Assembly: GCA_951406725.2 (NCBI GenBank)
Contig: OX597823.1
Coordinates: forward strand, 17,670,001 to 17,734,000
Length of the DNA: 64,000 nt
Source of the DNA: Octopus vulgaris
Lineage: Eukaryota
Direction: 5' to 3'
The notes beneath the pieces were generated by a model that saw nothing but the letters and a program-made list of their open reading frames with translations, was not told the DNA's origin and did not search any database. Position numbers and translations under genes: made by a program. This document shows, piece after piece, positions 1 to 64,000 of this stretch (the stretch's first letter is position 1; every line of letters begins with the position of its first letter).

Positions 1-153
1 TTTGAATTAAAATATTCCACCAAACCTTAGTCACAATTTATGTTCCAAACACTAGCTTTATGATAACTAAGTTATTTTACAAAATTCTTTGTTATATTTA
101 AAATGATTGAAAGAAACACAGAGCATCTCAAAATAAATACAGTAATGAAAGGG
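1..153. mobile_element. right end of a piggyBac-like non-autonomous element
   Basis: Ends in GGG followed by TTAA (154-157); left end outside the window. Confidence 0.4.
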
Positions 154-653
154 TTAATATAAAATAGACAGTTCTGATTAGAAGCAGTATAATGTCTGCA
201 GCTGTTCTGAATTTGAGATCCAGGAACATGCACACTAATATCACATCCATAGTTAGATGTCTTACCTCTGCTATAGATTCAATTCATAAAAGGTTGAACA
301 TTGGAATATAGCATAAACAGGTTCATGCTATTTTATTAGGCTTATCCTGCATTTGAGAATAAAATTATTTCCTTATCTATATCTTTCAATACATCTCAAC
401 GCTTCTAAAGCAAACTCTGTTGACTTTCAACGTAACATTGGAATATGCAATGTATATGAAAAAGGAAAGGCATGCACATTTATGGCTTTCATTGCTGTCT
501 TTCTTTACTTGACATAGAGCTGGTTTTTGTCTTTTGTTTTACTATTTTCCCACCAAGATGTAATGCACTTAAGTACTATATGCGATAAACTCCTTATTAT
601 TTAACATCTAGGCTTGCATGTGTACTAAAATCTTGCTAATGTCTAGTTACCAT

Positions 654-1047
654 GATGGATGATGGAAGCACTCCTTCGGTTACGATGACGAGGGTTCCGG
701 TTGATCTGAATCAACGGAACAGCCTGCTCGTGAAATTAACGTGTAAGTGGCTGAGCACTCCACAGACACGTGTACCCTTAACGTAGTTCTCGGGGATATT
801 CAGTGTGACACAGAGAGTGACAAGGCCGGCCCTTTGAAATACAGGTACAACAGAAACAGGAAGTAAGAGTGAGAGAAAGTTGTGGTGAAAGAGTACAGCA
901 GGGATCAACACCATCCCCTGCCAGAGACTCGTGGAGCTTTAGGTGTTTTCGCTCAATAAACACACACAACGCCCGGTCTGGGAATCGAAACTGCGATCCT
1001 ATGACCGCGAGTCCGCTGCCCTAACCACTGGGCCATTGCGCCTCCAC
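654..1047 (-). mobile_element. tRNA-derived SINE (family A), full length
   Basis: Box A TGGCCCAGTGG, box B GTTTCGATTCC; 9-bp TSD AGTTACCAT at 645-653 and 1048-1056. Confidence 0.9.
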
Positions 1048-1789
1048 AGTTACCATACCACATCATGGAGAATAAAACGTAAATTATTGGCCCTGTTGTT
1101 AGTAGTTTGACATCCAAACAATTGCACCAACTTCAAAATCTCTTTTCATTGTGTTAATAAAGTTTCTTTTCTTACCCAATACCAAATGACTTGTTTTTAA
1201 AAACTAGAATCATGAGCGTATAACTGAATTATTTTAACATAGTAGGGCTTCTTTTTAAATTAACACAACATATGTGATAGAAGGGAAGAAGAGATTGGGC
1301 CTTATAACAGAGGAGAACTGGGAATTTTTGTGAGTCAGCCTACAATCAGCAACAGATCAGATTTATGGCTGGTGAAAGGTTCTAAGCTAAATGGAAGGTG
1401 ACATGGTGGTTGAATAGCATGTGAGATAGAGACAATAAAAGATAAAAGGAAAGACTGGAAATATTAGAAGAAAACTAGAGGAGAAGTTAGGTGTTAGGCA
1501 TTCTTAGCAAAGGTGAGGAGCTAAAAGTAATTCTTTGATAAGAGAAGAATTAGAAATATGAGATGTTTTAAATCACAAATCAATGTACAAAAGAGAATTT
1601 GAACGTCATTGGAGAGAAATGCATACGACATGATAGTAGCACTCATGATCTCACTGACGCTGAAAAGAGAAAGAGGTGTGGAAATACTACTATGAGACGT
1701 TGTTGGATTAAAAGAATGCATAGCAAGAGGGAGGGAAGGAGATAGAGAGAAAGAGAGAGAGAATGAGAGAGAGAGAGAGAGCATGCTCC

Positions 1790-3130
1790 AAATAGACCCA
1801 ATAATGGGACCAGCCAGTGAAGTTGACAGCAGTATGGTCAAAAGCACGAATATGGATATGAAGGCAGAAAAGGCAGCTGGAACATCAGGGACAGTCGTTG
1901 AGATGCTGAAAATATATGGTGAGGTAGGTCACATATTAAACATTTGCATATTCAGTCATATAGTACAGGGAGGTGTTGTACACAATGATTGATGTAAGAG
2001 TGTCATCTCCAACTGTTGCAAGGGCCAAAGAGATGTTCTGGTGTAGTGGTTCCCCACTTTTTCTTTTAATGTTCTGCACCTCTCAGAAATGTTTGATTAA
2101 TTTGTGCACCTTCTAACAAAAGTATTATCATAGGGAAATGAAAATTACCTAATTTATATCTTTTTTAATCGAACCGCACACTGTGCTGTGGGTTAAATTG
2201 AACTAAAAGAAAATTTGAACTGGTAAATTAGGAAAAGCTTCAACAATGAAATCGGTCGTAATTTTTAACAGAAAATTCAAGGACTTGTTTGTTCCTGTTT
2301 CTTGTTCATGATTTTATTAAAACATGGAGTTGTTTTGTTGATCATGATCCGCAGCTCTGCTTGTAAATTCAGGTGATTCCTAGATTTTGGTCTTCATTGA
2401 CAAAAGAGAGCTGAATCCAGATTCACATAGATATGACATTGTCAATAGAATAGAACAAAGTCCTTTATCATAATCACTTAAGGATTAACTCTACATCTGT
2501 AGAATAATAAAGTTTTTGATGTTTTTAATAAGATAATGTTATTTTATCAAGAGTTAATTAATTTTATTCTGAAAAGCAATTGTAATAATGTATATACTTT
2601 CTCTTTTGATGCAAACCCTGAAATATCTCATGCTCCCAGTAGGTGCATGATGGCATTTCAAGGAATGCGACCAAAAGAAAATGTATATTTTATACCTAAA
2701 TGGCTTTGATATGGCCAGGAAGACTCTAGACTTCCTCCAGGCCATAACAGAGCTGCTTATGACTGGAAATTTCTTGTATGTCAATGATCTAAGTTCTTAT
2801 GATTTGGAGCACCTGCACTGGAAAGCAGCAAGTACAGAAGTATTAAACTGATGGACTGGGTCATGAAAGAGTCCAACTGGTTAGAAAATGAATGAGATGC
2901 TGTTGAGGTTTGTGTTGGGACAAGATACCATCAATAGCCTTTTCCCAGTGAGACAACTGCAAACACTTTGCTAGAAGTAAGCCACTATGTTCGAACATTC
3001 ATTGACTCAGAGAGGGACTATGACAGACTGTCACGTTCTGTAATCTGATGATTGCAAAGAAACTTAAAGGTAGATGAATGGTTTGTATGCTAAAGACCTC
3101 ATGGTTGGCTCTGTCAACAGTTTATAAATG
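1790..3130 (+). mobile_element. degraded RTE-type LINE RT fragment interrupted by a hAT element
   Basis: KAAGTSGTVVEMLKIYGEVG upstream of the insertion and YRSIKLMDWVMK downstream. Confidence 0.6.
2045..2820 (-). mobile_element. hAT (Charlie/Buster-like) transposon fragment
   Basis: Minus strand 2340-2460 encodes MSYLCESGFSSLLSMKTKSRNHLNLQAELRIM (hAT dimerisation motif); TAGTGGTTCCC TIR-like start; right boundary approximate. Confidence 0.7.
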
Positions 3131-3751
3131 AGTTTTAACTTTAGAAGAAGCAAAACTTAGAATAATGAGGTCTATGTATAAAGTTGATATAAATTTTCAT
3201 AATATAATTTTTAACAAAGGAATACAAGTCATATAGTTATATAATCTCTATATTGGATAAACAAGTTTCTTTATACTAACATTTTCAATATATTAAGCAA
3301 TTATTTCATACATTTATATTTATCTCACTCTAGCTAGTAATAATATGAGTAATTTACTTGTCTTCTACCTAACATGCACACTCACACACACAAACACACA
3401 TACACACACAAGCACACAAATAGACTATATTTATCGATTGCACATTAGCCCAATTTGTTTTAAAAAAGTGATACTGTCTCTCTTTCTTTTTATGTTATAT
3501 TTGGGTTAAGATCTGAATCCCACATATCAGGACAATGAACACTTGGCCTATTATATATGTGAGGCACGGAGCTGTGCCTCCACATGGTAACCTATATATG
3601 GATGTATATAAGAAATGAATGCATCTTCCTATAAATACAGTGCAACACTAGTGACATGATTTCAATTCCTCCAAGAGTTTGCGAAGATAGGAAAATACTC
3701 CACCAGGTGGCTACTAGTGATTCTTTATAAGAACTAAAACTCCATATGTAC

Positions 3752-63296
<59,545 letters not shown>

Positions 63297-63697
63297 CTAT
63301 ATGATTTAATAGAAAATAAAAAAAATTTAGTTAACATGGTTAACAGATAAACAATGTAAGTGTTAATTTTTATGGGTAATAGAAATCAGTCAACTTATCA
63401 AAAGAATGGGTTTGGGATCACATGATGTACTTAAACTTTTTGAAGTACACTTGTGGGTAACATAGGGAAACAGAATTGATTTAACTTGGGAGCTGAATTT
63501 GAACAAATATGAGTACCACTGGCGATTCTTTTTCCTCTGTCTTCCCTTCTCGGGATCTTTCCTTCTCCTATGTTTCCAACGAAGAGCTCCACTCGAAATG
63601 TTAAACCCTCCTTCTTCCCTTCTTTCCTGAGCGTCCAATAATACTTTATTTGTTCCACGTCCTTGCATTGTTGTGTTTTTTGTTTTCTTGTTTGGAT

Positions 63698-63734
<37 letters not shown>

Positions 63735-63935
63735 TTGTCATCGTTTTAACATTCACTTTTCCATGCTTGCATGGGTTGGATGGCAGATTTTTTACAGCTT
63801 GATACTGTTTCCTAATATGGTAATATTTCCACATGTGCAGACATGATTTTGCTGAATATTGGAAATATGTACATTATGTGATGTCAAGACAAAGAGACAG
63901 AAACACATACATACATACATACATACATACATACA

Positions 63936-63971
<36 letters not shown>

Positions 63972-64000
63972 TTTACACACACACATATAAAGTGTAGTTG

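Noticed and set aside
975-1047. tRNA gene
   Set aside because: A and B boxes belong to a SINE head flanked by a TSD; no complete cloverleaf or acceptor stem.
3040-3075. CTGATGA-TTGCAAA-GAAAC..GTA hammerhead-like string
   Set aside because: No real stem II or stem I, and it lies in a LINE fragment; likely chance.
1-3750. Expected next collagen exon (beginning GH.., completing the KGH cross-link motif)
   Set aside because: No Gly-X-Y exon found; it must lie beyond the window start.

Overview
AT-rich, microsatellite-dense animal genomic DNA; the SINE families point to an octopus (inference from recalled repeat families). The window lies inside one minus-strand fibrillar collagen gene. I mapped 28 phase-0 GT-AG exons by hand (21x54, 4x108, 1x45, 1x90, 1x153 bp; 1854 nt, 206 uninterrupted Gly-X-Y triplets). 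They are collinear with the central and C-terminal helix of collagen alpha1(V)/(XI), and both gene ends lie outside the window. The introns hold tRNA-derived SINEs, RTE and R4/Dong-type LINE fragments, mariner, hAT, piggyBac and Helitron-type elements. The most striking non-obvious signal is a set of short non-coding elements inserted mostly at (TA)n tracts. They carry minimal type I hammerhead ribozyme motifs (6 with intact or near-intact cores, 4 decayed) and/or long copy-specific fold-back hairpins. One hammerhead lies just upstream of a decayed Penelope-like GIY-YIG endonuclease, which suggests a diverse Penelope-like/retrozyme-like system. Three of the hammerheads are sense to the collagen pre-mRNA. 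Almost all ORFs in the supplied track are spurious. All coordinates were counted by eye.
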